A stretch of 63,985 bases of DNA, the filler included, from Basidioascus undulatus (Eukaryota), in NCBI GenBank assembly GCA_000826855.1. It is 4 parts of 4 records of this genome, joined end to end, with 100 filler letters (N's around TTAATTAATTAA, not from the genome) between each part and the next. Parts side by side here need not be neighbours in the genome. Positions count along the whole stretch, not along the records: positions 49,879 to 63,985 come from JTLS01000758.1; 3 more parts are not named here. One strand, 5' to 3'. This document shows, piece by piece, positions 62,652-63,985 of the stretch. A program made the translations under genes and the position numbers. Under the pieces are notes generated by a model. It was not told where the DNA came from. It worked only from the letters and a program-made list of their open reading frames with translations, and did no database searches. The first letter of the stretch is position 1, and each line of letters opens with the position of its first letter.

Positions 62652-63342
62652 GATGAGCTCAAAGGACGCAGTATCGGTTCTGAGGCAATGATCATTTTGC
62701 GGCGAGCATGACGAGGGGCAGCGAGCGTTCGCGATGGAAAGGTGGTGACGGTCGAGAGCCAAGCCAGACACGTCGCCTTCCTCTAAGCCAGGCTCGCGTT
62801 CTACACTGCAACTTCGGTGCCCATTAATACATTCCTTCAATCCATACCCAAGATTCACAGCAGCAATTTGAAGGATCAGAAGTTAGAAGACGGCCCTTCC
62901 TAGGGCCCACCCCACTCCCAAAGCGAGCCGAACCGCGACAGCGCGCGCAGGCGAGGTTTCGTTCCGGTTCAACGGTAGGTAGTTGGGGGAGAGGAGCTGA
63001 ACGCAATGCGACAAGCCAACGGCCCGGAGGGGGGTGTTACGCCGACCAGGAGTGTGCGCGGCCATTGTAAAGCCAGCAGTGGACGTAAGCAGCCATAGAA
63101 AGAAATAGAAAGTGTCTATCGGCCTCTTCCAAAAGGACGAGAAGCAAAGAGAAATTATAAAAGGAAAGAAAAGAAGGATGCTGCTCCGCCGGCGCCGCCC
63201 ACCTGCTTCCCCTCATATCGTACACCGCCGCGCCTCCCCCCCCACCCCTAACCCGCCCGGTCCTTCGCGTCACCTGCGTCCATTACAACAGATCCGCGGC
63301 TGCCACCACCGTTGCCCACTGAGCTCCGCCGCCCATAAACGC

Positions 63343-63768
63343 TTAATCGGAGGTGAAGAAGTAGTCGCCCGAGGCTGGAGAGGAGGGGAAAGGCGCGAGG
63401 GCAGGTCAGTAGGTGTGATGGAAGGGGTGCGGAGACAGGATGACAAATGCACCCTTCTGCTCCTTGTCTTTGAGCGAGTCAAACTTGTTGACTATGGAGA
63501 TGAAAAGATCGTCAGCGCATCCGCAAGGAAGTGTCAACGACTTGGCAGCGAAAGTCTCGTACTCCGAGGACGGCTGCGGTACAGACAAAGAAGCACGGTC
63601 AGCTCAGGATCAAAGCATGTGGACAGAAAGCACGCACAAGTTGCTCGGGTCGCGACGGAACGTGATCTCGAGGCTCTTGAGGAACTTGTTCATGCCGGTG
63701 AGGAGCGACTGGGGCGCGTTGGCGGTCGCCTCGACGGCGGGCTGGCCGTCATAGACGATGACGCGGCA
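63343..63768 (-). CDS. 3' exons of an unidentified spliced fungal gene
   Basis: [69 protein letters not shown] separated by GT-AG introns. Confidence 0.65.
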
Positions 63769-63985
63769 GTGCATGAGGGCACGCGCTTTGCGCTGAGTGA
63801 CTACGTGCTGAACGGCCAGACGCTGGAAATCCTCTCGGCCTACTCAGGCGCCGAGGGCGAGAAGCTGATGCGCGAGAACCCGGACATCGCTGCCGTCCTG
63901 CTCGACGTCATCATGGAACCGGACGCGGCCGGCCTGCAGCTCGTCGAGTTCATCCGCAACGAGCTCAAGAACGAGACCGTCCGCA
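63745..63985 (+). CDS. Bacterial-type response regulator receiver domain fragment (resembles alphaproteobacterial REC-DUF3369 proteins)
   Basis: [80 protein letters not shown]: acidic DDD pocket, phosphoacceptor LLDVIME, no introns, open to window end. Confidence 0.85.

Overview
This is intron-rich, GC-rich fungal DNA, most likely a basidiomycete (GT-AG introns with CTRAY/CTCAC branch sites, a CAP64-like gene, fungal RFC2/CAC1/RSM24/TEP1/MEP orthologues). It consists of four pieces joined by artificial 100-nt spacers (44N-TTAATTAATTAA-44N), so adjacency across them is unproven. Apparently intact genes: GPI-type 5'-nucleotidase, RFC2, CAF-1 large subunit, a divergent PRPP synthetase, ADE1 (cut by a gap), RSM24, a secreted class-3 lipase, a small Cys-tailed protein, a secreted DPBB/expansin-like protein with an unusual sequon-dense module, a DH-PH RhoGEF, PTEN/TEP1 and an ammonium transporter. 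Much of the space between them is decayed accessory genes: five to seven F-box/LRR remnants, two MYND-finger genes, and hemerythrin-like, protoglobin and CAP64-like genes. The last ~240 nt read as a bacterial response-regulator receiver domain joined without a gap to a fungal gene (assembly chimera or HGT). No tRNA, rRNA, CRISPR array or transposase was recognised. All gene models were spliced by eye and family calls come from recalled motifs, not database searches. I cannot claim a new biological system; the best leads are the sequon-dense module, the altered PRS, the bacterial junction and the scale of pseudogenisation.
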